A DNA stretch of 64,000 nt from Candidatus Aminicenantes bacterium (lineage in GTDB: Bacteria > Acidobacteriota > Aminicenantia > UBA2199): the NCBI GenBank assembly GCA_963770755.1, contig CAVYQZ010000010.1:807251-871250 (forward strand). The letters run 5' to 3'. The notes under the pieces are model-generated. The model had not been told where the DNA came from. It ran no database searches and saw only the letters and a list, made by a program, of their open reading frames with translations. The translations under genes and the position numbers were made by a program. This document shows, piece after piece, positions 51,267-60,274 of the stretch (positions within the stretch are counted from its first letter, which is position 1; every line of letters begins with the position of its first letter).

Positions 51267-52085
51267 TCATGGTTGACGCCCCAAGCGTTTCAGTAGTTTC
51301 CAGAAACGGCCGTTGTTTGCCGTGGACCAAGCGTGGCCCCGAGGAGGAAGGTCCCGCAGGAGGATCGTTCGATAACCGCTTTCGCGGTAGAGACGTTCCG
51401 AATCGATGCAAATACGTATCAATTCGGGATAATCGCCTGCATTGTAACAATAAATCACCCCGAAAAGAGGACCTTTTTGCAACGGCGGAATGGCTTCACT
51501 TGCCTGGTTGACATACGCCTGGGAGTGAGAAACGATGCCGTTGTAAAAATGAGGCCGGCGATTGGCCAGGTGATGGCACAGTCCGGCCCCTGCCGAAAGG
51601 CCCGCGAGAAAGACCTGTCGACGATCGACCGGATAATGGATGATCACCGTGTCGATGATCGCTTCAATCCCGTCAATTTCTTTTTCGATCAGCCAGCCCG
51701 TAGAACGGCAGTTTAAAAATGTATATTCGTACCTGGCCGTAGGGACCAGGAGAATGATGCCGCGGGCACGGCAGAATTGGATCAGCCCCGTTTCCTCGAC
51801 CGGACTCCCGCTATAGTTCTTCAGGCTTGGTATTGACTTGAAACCGGCAGAGATCACGCCATGGAAGTACACCAAAAGGGGATGCTGGCTGCCACCGGCA
51901 GCCGGCAGAAACAGCCGGTAGTCACGTGAATTGCCCGACTTGTCCAACACGGGGTATGGGGTTTCAAGGACCTTGTAGTTCTGAGAGGGCCGGCAGGCGA
52001 AAAAGGGCAGGAACACCACAAGGAGTACCGGCCAAGACAGCCATTCTTTCAGGGTGGTACTCATTTTTTGCCTATGCGCATTCAA
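51267..52085 (-). CDS. Alpha/beta-hydrolase esterase (PHB-depolymerase/carboxylesterase-like)
   Basis: GLSAGAG nucleophile elbow (G-x-S-x-G) and a signal peptide. The likely start is the MSTTLKEW methionine at about 52064. Confidence 0.7.
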   Translation of the reverse strand: MNAHRQKMSTTLKEWLSWPVLLVVFLPFFACRPSQNYKVLETPYPVLDKSGNSRDYRLFLPAAGGSQHPLLVYFHGVISAGFKSIPSLKNYSGSPVEETGLIQFCRARGIILLVPTARYEYTFLNCRSTGWLIEKEIDGIEAIIDTVIIHYPVDRRQVFLAGLSAGAGLCHHLANRRPHFYNGIVSHSQAYVNQASEAIPPLQKGPLFGVIYCYNAGDYPELIRICIDSERLYRESGYRTILLRDLPPRGHAWSTANNGRFWKLLKRLGRQP

Positions 52086-52139
52086 GGCGTCCCGCAGATA
52101 AAAATACAGCGGGTGTTTTTTTCCTTTCCCTAGCGAGGG

Positions 52140-53198
52140 TCATTTTACCAATGAAGCAGCCTTCAAATAACGGACGATTGCTTGAACGAAGATCCTGTTT
52201 GCCAAGGCGTTGGGATGGGTGTTGGACTCGCTTATTCTGAGGTCACGGGACTTATGGGACAGCATTTCGGCCAAGGGATCCACAACCATGAAGCCGTGAT
52301 CTTGGCAAAGTTTTTTTACGATTTCATGAATTTCCGTGAACAAATAGTGGTCCATTTGCTGAAATTCAGTATGAATGACGAACAATACCGGGATTTGTGG
52401 CTGGGTCAGTCTGCGTATTTTTTCGAACGCTGCGTTCAAGGCAGTCCAATTCTCGGCTTCCCGATAGGCATAGAAGAAATAGTGGGAGTATCCTTTTTGA
52501 ATGAGCTTCCAACCGTCTTTTGAATATTGCGGGTTCTTGTCGGCGTTGGTTTTTTTTAGAAACAGGCGATTTTTAATCAGCAAATAGGTTTTGGAATGGT
52601 GAAGAAAACCGTCCACCAAACGGTTGCCGGTGGTCAAGTAGGAATCATATCCTTTATAGGTGGCCAGCACCGTTCGCTGCCTGCTCAAAACTCCGATATC
52701 GTTCAAACTGTAGCCGATGATGATCAAATCAGGTGAATATTTGAGGACTTTGTCCTGGATCCTTTCAGCCTCCTGAGGCGTGTTGTAGCCCATTACCCCG
52801 AAATTGATCACTTCCAGGGACGGATTCGTTTTTTGCAGTTCTTTTTCCAGCTGCTTGGGCCACGTATCTTCGAGTTCGAGTCCGAGGCCGAACGTACAGG
52901 AGTCTCCGACGGCGGCGATACGGAACACTCCTTCCGGCTTGTTAAGAGCATAATCCCTGTCGCGGACGCCGTCGCGATTGATCCGATACCAAGCATTGTC
53001 TTCGAAGGTCGCGCTTCCTGGCACCAACTCGTATCCCATAAGGGGGTTGGCGGTGAAGCGATGGGTTTTCAAGGTCAGGGGAATGACGGCCTGGTCGCTG
53101 AGCTTGTTCCAGAAAATTCTGATCAGGACTTCTGCGCATGTCAGCGTGAGCACCGTGGCCAAAATCGAAAGAAGTAAGCGCAAAAAAAATTTCTTCAT
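52140..53198 (-). CDS. SGNH/GDSL-family hydrolase (lipase, esterase or carbohydrate O-acyl esterase) with N-terminal membrane anchor
   Basis: FRIAAVGDSCTFGLG carries the GDS-x block I motif. The N-terminal anchor is MKKFFLRLLLSILATVLTL. The track start at 53264 is a TTG. Confidence 0.75.
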   Translation of the reverse strand: MKKFFLRLLLSILATVLTLTCAEVLIRIFWNKLSDQAVIPLTLKTHRFTANPLMGYELVPGSATFEDNAWYRINRDGVRDRDYALNKPEGVFRIAAVGDSCTFGLGLELEDTWPKQLEKELQKTNPSLEVINFGVMGYNTPQEAERIQDKVLKYSPDLIIIGYSLNDIGVLSRQRTVLATYKGYDSYLTTGNRLVDGFLHHSKTYLLIKNRLFLKKTNADKNPQYSKDGWKLIQKGYSHYFFYAYREAENWTALNAAFEKIRRLTQPQIPVLFVIHTEFQQMDHYLFTEIHEIVKKLCQDHGFMVVDPLAEMLSHKSRDLRISESNTHPNALANRIFVQAIVRYLKAASLVK

Positions 53199-53289
53199 TG
53201 AATCATTCCTGCTTGTCTGCATTTTAACACAGTCGTGTTCAGCGGACAATCGACCGGTTGACAACGTGCTTTCAATTTAGTATTATCCA

Positions 53290-53420
53290 TTTTGAGGCTT
53301 GATTCAAGGGAAGAGGGTAAAACCCCACAGCCCCCGCTGCCGTGACCGGACCAGGTTCGCCTGGAAGTATCTTTGAAAGTCTCAGCCACTGCCCCAATTG
53401 GGGCGGGAAGGCTTTTTAAA
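53290..53420 (+). ncRNA. Cobalamin (B12) riboswitch
   Basis: AGGGAAGAGGGTAAAACCCC-ACAGCCCCCGCTGCCGTGACCGG ... AGTCTCAGCCACTGCCCC...GGGAAGGC contains the conserved GGGAA, GCCCCCGC and GCCACTG...GGGAAGGC (B12-box) elements. It sits upstream of a TonB-dependent receptor and a BtuFCD-like transporter. Confidence 0.65.
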
Positions 53421-53485
53421 GGTTCCGGAAGTCGGAAGACCTATCAGGTATCAACCCGATGCGCATTATCTGCGGAGGGCGGATA

Positions 53486-55324
53486 ATGTTGATGCTCAAA
53501 GTCCTCTTATTGGGAGGTTTGGCCATGAATCGACATTTTTTTATTTTTTTCATGTTGTGCTATTCTTGCCTTCTTTTTTGCGAAGAGACAAAGGAAAAAC
53601 CTTTGCTGCAAGAAAAGATCGAAGTGATCGGCCGCGTGCCATTGACCCGGGCCCTGCAAAGCGTGACAACATTCAGTGAAAAAGAACTTGATTATTTGAA
53701 GTCAGCAGGCTTAAAAGGGGTTTTGAACCAAAGTCCGGGGATCCTGGTTCTCAGTGCCGGCCATCCCGGGCAGTTTGCCTATACATTTGCCCGCGGCGCG
53801 GCAGTGAACCAAATGTTGTTTTTGGTGGACGGCTGTAAATTATTTGATCCATCGAGTTCTTTGGGGGCGAATTTTTCATTTTTATCTCCCCAGGTCATCC
53901 AAAAAGTTGAAATCATTCGCGGTCCGCTCAGCAACCTCTATGGTTCAAGCGCCATGGGCGGGGTGGTCAACCTGATCACAAAGAAAAGTGACGGAATGGT
54001 TTTTTCTCTGGCTGGCGGAAGCCACGGTACGTATGAAGGTGATTTTAATTGGGGAAAGAAAAAAGCGCCTTTCAGTTTTTCCGTGAATGGACACTTTATA
54101 AATTATAGCGACGGCCAGGTTAATGACAAAATGCAAAAACAAGGGTTTTCGCTGCAATCAGCCTATGAAAAAACCGCTCTGAATTTAGGAATTCAATTAT
54201 TTGGCAATTTTATCAATTCCGGGATCCCGATCAATCTGGGTTTACCTACTCCAAAACGCCACTATTGGCAGCAAAATTTACTTGTTGCCGTTCCTTTTAC
54301 TTATCGCTTGGCTGAACATCTTGATTTTGAAACCAAAATTTCTTTTCATTGGAATAAATACGAGTTTTCCGATCCAGACGATACGTGGAACTCTTTTTTT
54401 GCCAATCGATCCCTCGTTGGCGCCATGACGGCCAAATTCAACGCCCTTTTCTGGGAGAAATTGAAAATCATGGCCGGACTCGACTATTCCCTGCAATCAA
54501 TTGACAATCAAAGCAATGGTGAAGTACTGCTCGAAGATGCTGGAGCCAATATTTTTTCTCATTTCTTGAGTGTCAATGCCGATTTAAACAAGTTTCTCCT
54601 TTCCGCGTCCATACGTCTGGACAAGTATAAAAATTTAAAAATCGTTGCCTCCCCGCAATTGGGGCTTTCCTATAACCTGTCGGCCAATTTTAAAATCAGG
54701 GCATCGTATGCTGAGAGTTTCAGGGCTCCGACCTTACCGGAATTGCTTAACCCATATTGGGGCAATTCGGCATTGGTGCCTGAAATCGGAAAATCCATTG
54801 AATGTGGTGTTGATTTATTTATGCAATCGTTGGCCATGGGCATTACCTACTTTGACTCCCGGTACTTGAATTTAATCGGTTACAGCCCGATAACTTGGAA
54901 ATTCGTCAATATCGATGAAGCCGTGGCCAGAGGAATTGAATTCAGTATTAAAAAAACAGTTTTTAAGCATTGGCAATGGGGATTGTCCTACACCTATTTA
55001 AAAACAATGGATATTCAATACAATCGGGAGCTGTTGCGGAGACCACGCCATACATTTTCCACAGAATTGACCTATCAAAGCGCCAGGTTTGATTTTTTCG
55101 CGGAAATGATTTATGTGGGCAAACGTCTTGATTATGACGAATTGCTTTGGTCGATTGCGGATAATCCGGCCTTTAATACATTCAATTTTGTTTTGAATTT
55201 TCCAGTCAGCAGCAAATTCAGCTTGTTTATTAATATCAGCAATGCTTTCAACCGTCATTTTGAAGAAGTATTGGGTTACCCGGCGCCGTTGCGAAGGTTT
55301 TTGGTCGGAATTAAATACCAGTGA
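53486..55324 (+). CDS. btuB: TonB-dependent outer-membrane receptor (BtuB-like, probable cobalamin receptor)
   Basis: Signal peptide, a plug domain (KIEVIGRVPLTRA) and a 22-strand barrel pattern. A GGAGGG RBS lies 6 nt before the ATG at 53486. Riboswitch-regulated context. Confidence 0.8.
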   Translation: MLMLKVLLLGGLAMNRHFFIFFMLCYSCLLFCEETKEKPLLQEKIEVIGRVPLTRALQSVTTFSEKELDYLKSAGLKGVLNQSPGILVLSAGHPGQFAYTFARGAAVNQMLFLVDGCKLFDPSSSLGANFSFLSPQVIQKVEIIRGPLSNLYGSSAMGGVVNLITKKSDGMVFSLAGGSHGTYEGDFNWGKKKAPFSFSVNGHFINYSDGQVNDKMQKQGFSLQSAYEKTALNLGIQLFGNFINSGIPINLGLPTPKRHYWQQNLLVAVPFTYRLAEHLDFETKISFHWNKYEFSDPDDTWNSFFANRSLVGAMTAKFNALFWEKLKIMAGLDYSLQSIDNQSNGEVLLEDAGANIFSHFLSVNADLNKFLLSASIRLDKYKNLKIVASPQLGLSYNLSANFKIRASYAESFRAPTLPELLNPYWGNSALVPEIGKSIECGVDLFMQSLAMGITYFDSRYLNLIGYSPITWKFVNIDEAVARGIEFSIKKTVFKHWQWGLSYTYLKTMDIQYNRELLRRPRHTFSTELTYQSARFDFFAEMIYVGKRLDYDELLWSIADNPAFNTFNFVLNFPVSSKFSLFINISNAFNRHFEEVLGYPAPLRRFLVGIKYQ

Positions 55325-55336
55325 ACAAATCGAATT

Positions 55337-56209
55337 GTGATTGGCCTTAAAGTGAAAATCCAAAAAATATTTTTATTTTTCAGTTTTTTCATATTGAGCG
55401 AATTAATTTTTGCGCAACGGGTTATTTCCATGGCCCCGGCCATCACCGAAATCGTTTTTGCTTTGGGTAAAGGCGGCCAGCTGGTTGGCGTCACAAGATT
55501 TTGCGATTATCCGGATGCAGCCCTTAAAATTGCTAAAATCGGCGGTCTTTTGGATATGAATATGGAAACCCTTCTGGCTTTGACTCCGGAAGTTGTCATT
55601 GCCTACCCCGAACAATATGCCAAGGTTAAATTAATAGAGTCACGGGCCCGGTTGCTGGTCGTAAAACATAAAACCCTGTCCGATTTGTTTGATTCCATTT
55701 TGAAAATCGGCGGCGTTCTGAATGCAGAAAAGAAAGCCCACGAGATGGTTTTTAGCATAAAAAGCAAATTAACCGCGGTCGCTGCCGGAACCGGGAGCAA
55801 AAAGAAAATACGGACTCTGATCATCGCTGGCCGCAACGCCGACGAATTAAAGAATATGTACATTGTCGGTAGAAGTGATTTTTTGAACGAGCTTTTGGAA
55901 ATTGCCGGGGGAATTAACGTGTATCAAGGTGAGGTTGATTATCCCAACATCTCGATGGAAACAGTTATTTTTCTTGATCCGGAATTGATCCTTGAAATTT
56001 CCGCATTTTATGAAGGGATCAATGATAAAAAAATCTTTAAACTATGGAGGCCATTCACCATGCTGCAAGCGGTTCGCAATCAGCGTATAAAAATAATAAA
56101 AAAATCTTTTTGGCTGAGGCCCGGATCACGGATTGGGCTTATCGCCGAGGAATTGGCCGACATTTTGGGGTCAGTTGAAAAACTTGAAAAGTCCGTCATT
56201 GAAAATTAA
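55337..56209 (+). CDS. ABC transporter periplasmic substrate-binding protein, BtuF/FhuD class
   Basis: ISMAPAITEIVFALGKGGQLVGVTRFCDYP matches the BtuF N-lobe motif. Confidence 0.8.
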   Translation: MIGLKVKIQKIFLFFSFFILSELIFAQRVISMAPAITEIVFALGKGGQLVGVTRFCDYPDAALKIAKIGGLLDMNMETLLALTPEVVIAYPEQYAKVKLIESRARLLVVKHKTLSDLFDSILKIGGVLNAEKKAHEMVFSIKSKLTAVAAGTGSKKKIRTLIIAGRNADELKNMYIVGRSDFLNELLEIAGGINVYQGEVDYPNISMETVIFLDPELILEISAFYEGINDKKIFKLWRPFTMLQAVRNQRIKIIKKSFWLRPGSRIGLIAEELADILGSVEKLEKSVIEN

Positions 56210-56212
56210 TTC

Positions 56213-56968
56213 ATGATTAAAGCGGCGCACGTGTCCTATGCGATTGGCAATAAATCCATTTTACAAAATGTGGATTTTTCATTGAATGAAAATGATTTTC
56301 TTTTAATTTTTGGGGCCAATGGGGCGGGAAAATCGACCATGTTAAAATTACTGGCTGGAATTTTGACTGCCAAACAAGGCGGCATTTTTATCGGCCGAAA
56401 AAACATCTTGCTTTATTCAAAAAAAGAATTGGCCACATACGTCGCTTATTTGCCCCAGTTTGACGAGTTCGGTTTACCGATGCTGGTCAGAGATATCCTG
56501 TTGTCCGGGCGTTATCCATACGGGTCCCTCTTCAGGAAATATTCACGCCGGGATTATGAAATATTTGAAAAAACAGTTGAACGATTCGCGCTGGCTGACT
56601 ATGTCGACCGCATCATGCAAACGCTCAGCGGCGGCGAAAGAAAAAAAGTTTTACTGGCCAGCGCTTTTATTCAGGATGTCCCGCTCATTCTTCTGGATGA
56701 GCCGTTGAATTTTTTAGATCCATCCAGTGCGATACAAGTTGTTAAAATGCTCAAGGAAATGCATGATCAAGGGAAAACAATATTGCTGGTTTCCCATTTA
56801 ATCCAGTATTTTTTTCCCCATGCCAATAAAATGCTGGCTTTGAAAAATGGCCAAACCCAGTATTTTGGCGAAAAAATATTTTCCGCACCGTTGTTTCATG
56901 ATATTTACCAGGTATCGGTGAAGCGTTTAGTGATTGACAACAAGGAAATTATTTATATCCATGAGTAA
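56213..56968 (+). CDS. ABC transporter ATP-binding protein (BtuD/FecE-like)
   Basis: Walker A GANGAGKSTMLKLLAG, signature LSGGERKK and Walker B ILLDEP. Confidence 0.85.
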   Translation: MIKAAHVSYAIGNKSILQNVDFSLNENDFLLIFGANGAGKSTMLKLLAGILTAKQGGIFIGRKNILLYSKKELATYVAYLPQFDEFGLPMLVRDILLSGRYPYGSLFRKYSRRDYEIFEKTVERFALADYVDRIMQTLSGGERKKVLLASAFIQDVPLILLDEPLNFLDPSSAIQVVKMLKEMHDQGKTILLVSHLIQYFFPHANKMLALKNGQTQYFGEKIFSAPLFHDIYQVSVKRLVIDNKEIIYIHE

Positions 56969-57935
56969 AAAAGTCTATGTACTGGCCGCGATCGTTTTGT
57001 TATTGATGTTCCTGATCCCGTTCCTGGGCATCATTCCCATTCATTGGCAAACAATTTTTAAAAGCAATTCCAGTAGTTTTGTTTTCTGGCAGTTGCGCGT
57101 CCCCCGGACCATTCTGGGATTTGTGGCCGGTTCCATTTTGGCCCTGTCCGGACTGGTCTGTCAAAACCTTTTTAAAAATGATCTGGCCACACCGGATCTT
57201 TTGGGAATTTCGTCCGGCGCGGCGGCCGGAGCGGTTTTGGCATTGAAATTCAATCTTTTTGTTTCGTTTATTGGTTTTGGCAGCTTGATTTTATTTTCAT
57301 ATCTGGGTGCCTTGTCGTCGGTTTTCTTTGTCTTGCTCATTTCGCGAATGGTGCGCAATTCGTCGCTTTATACTTTTTTAATGTGCGGGGTAGCGCTCAA
57401 TTTTTTCTATTCGGCCATGATTGTATTTTTTCAATATTTATTTGATTTTTCCAACACTTTTTCACTGCTGCGCTGGCTGATGGGTGGAATTTCCGTGGTA
57501 GGTTATCGTGAAATTGCATTTTTAGGTATGCTTTTATTGATTTTTTTGTTTTTAATATTTTTGTTCAAGCAAGAATTTTTGCTGGCTTCTGCAGGAGATC
57601 ATTTCGCGCAAAGCCGTGGTTTGCATGTCGCTCATTTTAGAATCTATTCTTTTCTGGTACTGGCGTTTATTGTGGGTGCAGTTGTTTCAATCTGCGGGCC
57701 TATCGGGTTCATTGCCCTGATTGTGCCTCACGTTGCCAGGCTCTGGGGAAAAAGCAATTACCACGAAACGGTTATTTTGTCACTATTATTGGGTGGCGGC
57801 TTTTTGGTTCTGGCTGATTTTTTTGCTCGGACACTGATGCCTCCCGTTGAAGTTCCGGTCGGCATCATTACTTCCCTGTTCGGAGCGCCTTTCTTTTTGT
57901 CCTTGATTATCTCGAAATTGAAAAAAGCGGAATAA
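56934..57935 (+). CDS. FecCD-family ABC permease (BtuC-like)
   Basis: 333 aa with about 9 TM helices, the typical FecCD glycine-rich core, and an overlap with the ATPase gene. Confidence 0.85.
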   Translation: MTTRKLFISMSKKVYVLAAIVLLLMFLIPFLGIIPIHWQTIFKSNSSSFVFWQLRVPRTILGFVAGSILALSGLVCQNLFKNDLATPDLLGISSGAAAGAVLALKFNLFVSFIGFGSLILFSYLGALSSVFFVLLISRMVRNSSLYTFLMCGVALNFFYSAMIVFFQYLFDFSNTFSLLRWLMGGISVVGYREIAFLGMLLLIFLFLIFLFKQEFLLASAGDHFAQSRGLHVAHFRIYSFLVLAFIVGAVVSICGPIGFIALIVPHVARLWGKSNYHETVILSLLLGGGFLVLADFFARTLMPPVEVPVGIITSLFGAPFFLSLIISKLKKAE

Positions 57936-58021
57936 TTTCGAAAGTTTGCTCATCTCAAAGAATTTATTTGCTATAATAGCTGGCGGAAACCATTCATGCA
58001 AAAGTATGGCCTGTGAATTAA

Positions 58022-59141
58022 ATGAAAACGCATATTGAATTAAACAAAGCCAATTTGCTGCATAATTTAAAAGTGTTCAAGGAAACAACCCGAAGAAAAA
58101 TAATGTTTGTAGTCAAGGCCAATGCTTATGGCCATGGTTTAAATGAAATTATCGAGATCAGCAAGGCTTTGCCGGTTGTGGATTATTATGCCGTGGATTC
58201 CGTATCGGAAGCCATGTTGATAAAGTCCCGACAGCGACATAAACCCATATTGGTTTTGGGTTGGAGTGATCGGGCCGAATTGACGGAAATCATCGCCAAC
58301 AGCTTTGAAACGGTTATTCCTTCAACCGAACAGCTTACATTGTCCAGGGAAATCGCTAAAAAAATCAAACAGAAAGGCTTTCATTCACTTAAAACTGGAA
58401 ACTGGCACCCAGCGCCTTGGCCTTGAACCCGAGAAGGTTGTTCGGTTGCTGCGGACTTTTCCTGACCCGCAACTCGAACTGCGGGGCATCTATTCACATT
58501 TTGCTAATATCGAAGATACCACCGATCCGACCTTTGCCCAACAGCAATTGTCTATTTTTAATCAGGTGCTTAAACACGTCCCGTCTGGAAGAATTCTTAA
58601 GCATTTCTCCAGCTCGGCTTCGAGCCTGCTTTTTCCAAAAACATTCTTTGATATGGTGCGGATAGGCATTTCAGCTTACGGTTATTGGCCATCCAAGCAA
58701 ACCCATGCCCTGTACTTGGAAAAAAATCGCAAGAAAATAATTTTAAAGCCCGTTTTAAGCTGGGTTGCAAAAGTTGCTCAAATCAAGCATATAAAAAAAG
58801 GTTCGGCTATCGGGTATGGATTGAGTTACCGGACGTATAATAAAGTAAAAATCATTGTCGTGCCGGTGGGATATTACGATGGCTACGACCGCAAGCTTTC
58901 CAATATTTCGCAAGTCTTGGTCCATGGCGTTAAGGCCCCGGTTCGGGGCAGGATTTGCATGGACATGTTCATGGTGGATGTCACGCATATAAAAAATGTA
59001 AAAATCGGCGATCGGGTGGTTATTCTGGGGGAGGAAAATGGCGAGAAGATCCATGCCGACGTACTGGCTGAACTGGCCGGCACAATCAATTATGAAATAT
59101 TGGCCCGGATTAATCCTTTGATTCCAAGGATTATTGTTTAA
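58022..59141 (+). pseudogene. alr: Alanine racemase split by a single-nucleotide frameshift near an A7 run (about 58353-58360)
   Basis: Frame 1 (58022-58426) carries the PLP motif VVKANAYGHG. Frame 2 (58305-59141) carries HLKLETGTQRLGL, the YGYWPS region and the C-terminal barrel. The two segments together form one complete Alr. Confidence 0.7.
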
Positions 59142-59199
59142 TATGGAAAGAGATAAATATCATTTCAAAGAACTTTTAATTTTTTTATATCGTTTATAG

Positions 59200-60081
59200 G
59201 TGTGTATGGAGATTACAGAAATCTTATTGAGGTGCAGAAATGGCGATCAGGAGGCTTGGAATATGTTAATTAACGATTATTCCAAAGCGGTTTACAATAT
59301 CGCCTTGAATTTTTTTGCCGATAAAGACATCGCCGCCGATGTGACGCAGGATATTTTCCTGAAAATCTATCATAATTTAGAAAAATTCAAAGAAGATAAG
59401 AACTTCACAGCGTGGCTTTTTACTATTTCCCGGAACTACTGCATTGATTATTGGCGTAAAAACAAAAAATATTTTTTAAGCAATCAGGAATTAGACGAAA
59501 AAATCAGCGGCCACGACCAGACTCCGGAGGATTATTCGATCCGGGAATCGGAAATTGTGGAATTGAGAAAAAAAATAGCGCAATTGGAACCTGAACTCAG
59601 GGTGATTTTAATTTTGCGTGACATTCAGGATTTTTCTTATCAGGAAATTGCCGCGAAATTTTCCATCCCCGAAGGTACGGTGAAATCTCGTATCAATCGA
59701 GCCCGTTTGAAGCTGGCCCAATCATTTATTGCGGGGGGAACAATGATTTTTAAATGCAAAGAAATTGAATGCCTGCTCTCGGCATACCTGGAAAATGAAT
59801 TATCCCCGGCAGAGTCCGGCAATATTGAACGGCACTTGGCGGAATGCCCGCGTTGTCTTCATTTGAAAGAAAAAATGGAAGAGATACTTATTGAAAATGT
59901 CGGATCTGCAGGAAGAAGTCCCATTTTTTCTAAAAAACAGGCTGTTCAATATTCCGGAAATTTCCGAAAAAAAGAAATTTGCCAGAACTATTTATTTCCC
60001 CAAATGGCTAGCTGCAGCAGTCGGAACAGTCATCTTGTTTTTAAATCTATTTTACTTTACCAATATTTTTCCATCGGTTAA
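59200..60081 (+). CDS. ECF sigma-70 factor continuing in frame, with no stop, into a ZAS-type anti-sigma N-domain
   Basis: Sigma regions 2 and 4 are present (DVTQDIFLKIYHNLEKF; SYQEIAAKFSIPEGTVKSRINRARLKL). After ...LAQSFIAGGT the frame runs straight into MIFKCKEIECLLSAYLENELSPAESGNIERHLAECPRCL, which is the H-x3-C-x2-C zinc anti-sigma motif. Confidence 0.65.
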   Translation: MCMEITEILLRCRNGDQEAWNMLINDYSKAVYNIALNFFADKDIAADVTQDIFLKIYHNLEKFKEDKNFTAWLFTISRNYCIDYWRKNKKYFLSNQELDEKISGHDQTPEDYSIRESEIVELRKKIAQLEPELRVILILRDIQDFSYQEIAAKFSIPEGTVKSRINRARLKLAQSFIAGGTMIFKCKEIECLLSAYLENELSPAESGNIERHLAECPRCLHLKEKMEEILIENVGSAGRSPIFSKKQAVQYSGNFRKKEICQNYLFPQMASCSSRNSHLVFKSILLYQYFSIG

Positions 60082-60157
60082 TCGCGAAATGCATGCGGTG
60101 GTTGGCTCCATAGAAACATTTGTCGTGCAAACCGGAGGATGGTTTGAGAAAAGTTAA
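59891..60157 (+). CDS. Anti-sigma factor transmembrane/C-terminal segment in a shifted frame (probable continuation of the ZAS domain)
   Basis: Contains the TM helix WLAAAVGTVILFLNLFYF, which is absent from the in-frame continuation of the ZAS domain. The frame change lies within 59890-59990 and is flanked by A6/A7 runs. Confidence 0.45.
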   Translation: MKMSDLQEEVPFFLKNRLFNIPEISEKKKFARTIYFPKWLAAAVGTVILFLNLFYFTNIFPSVNREMHAVVGSIETFVVQTGGWFEKS

Positions 60158-60274
60158 AGAATCCAAAGATTTGATTTTGTTCACTTTTTTTAATAAAAAA
60201 GCCGGCGAAAGAAAAGATGAAAAAGTGAAGTTCCGATTTTAATTTGAATGATGACTTAAGCAAAGGAGGAAAAA

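Noticed and set aside
50557..51450. 297-aa minus-strand ORF overlapping the GT-C-like gene 49570-51156 and the start of the esterase gene
   Set aside because: Low-complexity Arg/Pro/Gly-rich product overlapping two better-supported genes. It is a GC-rich shadow ORF.
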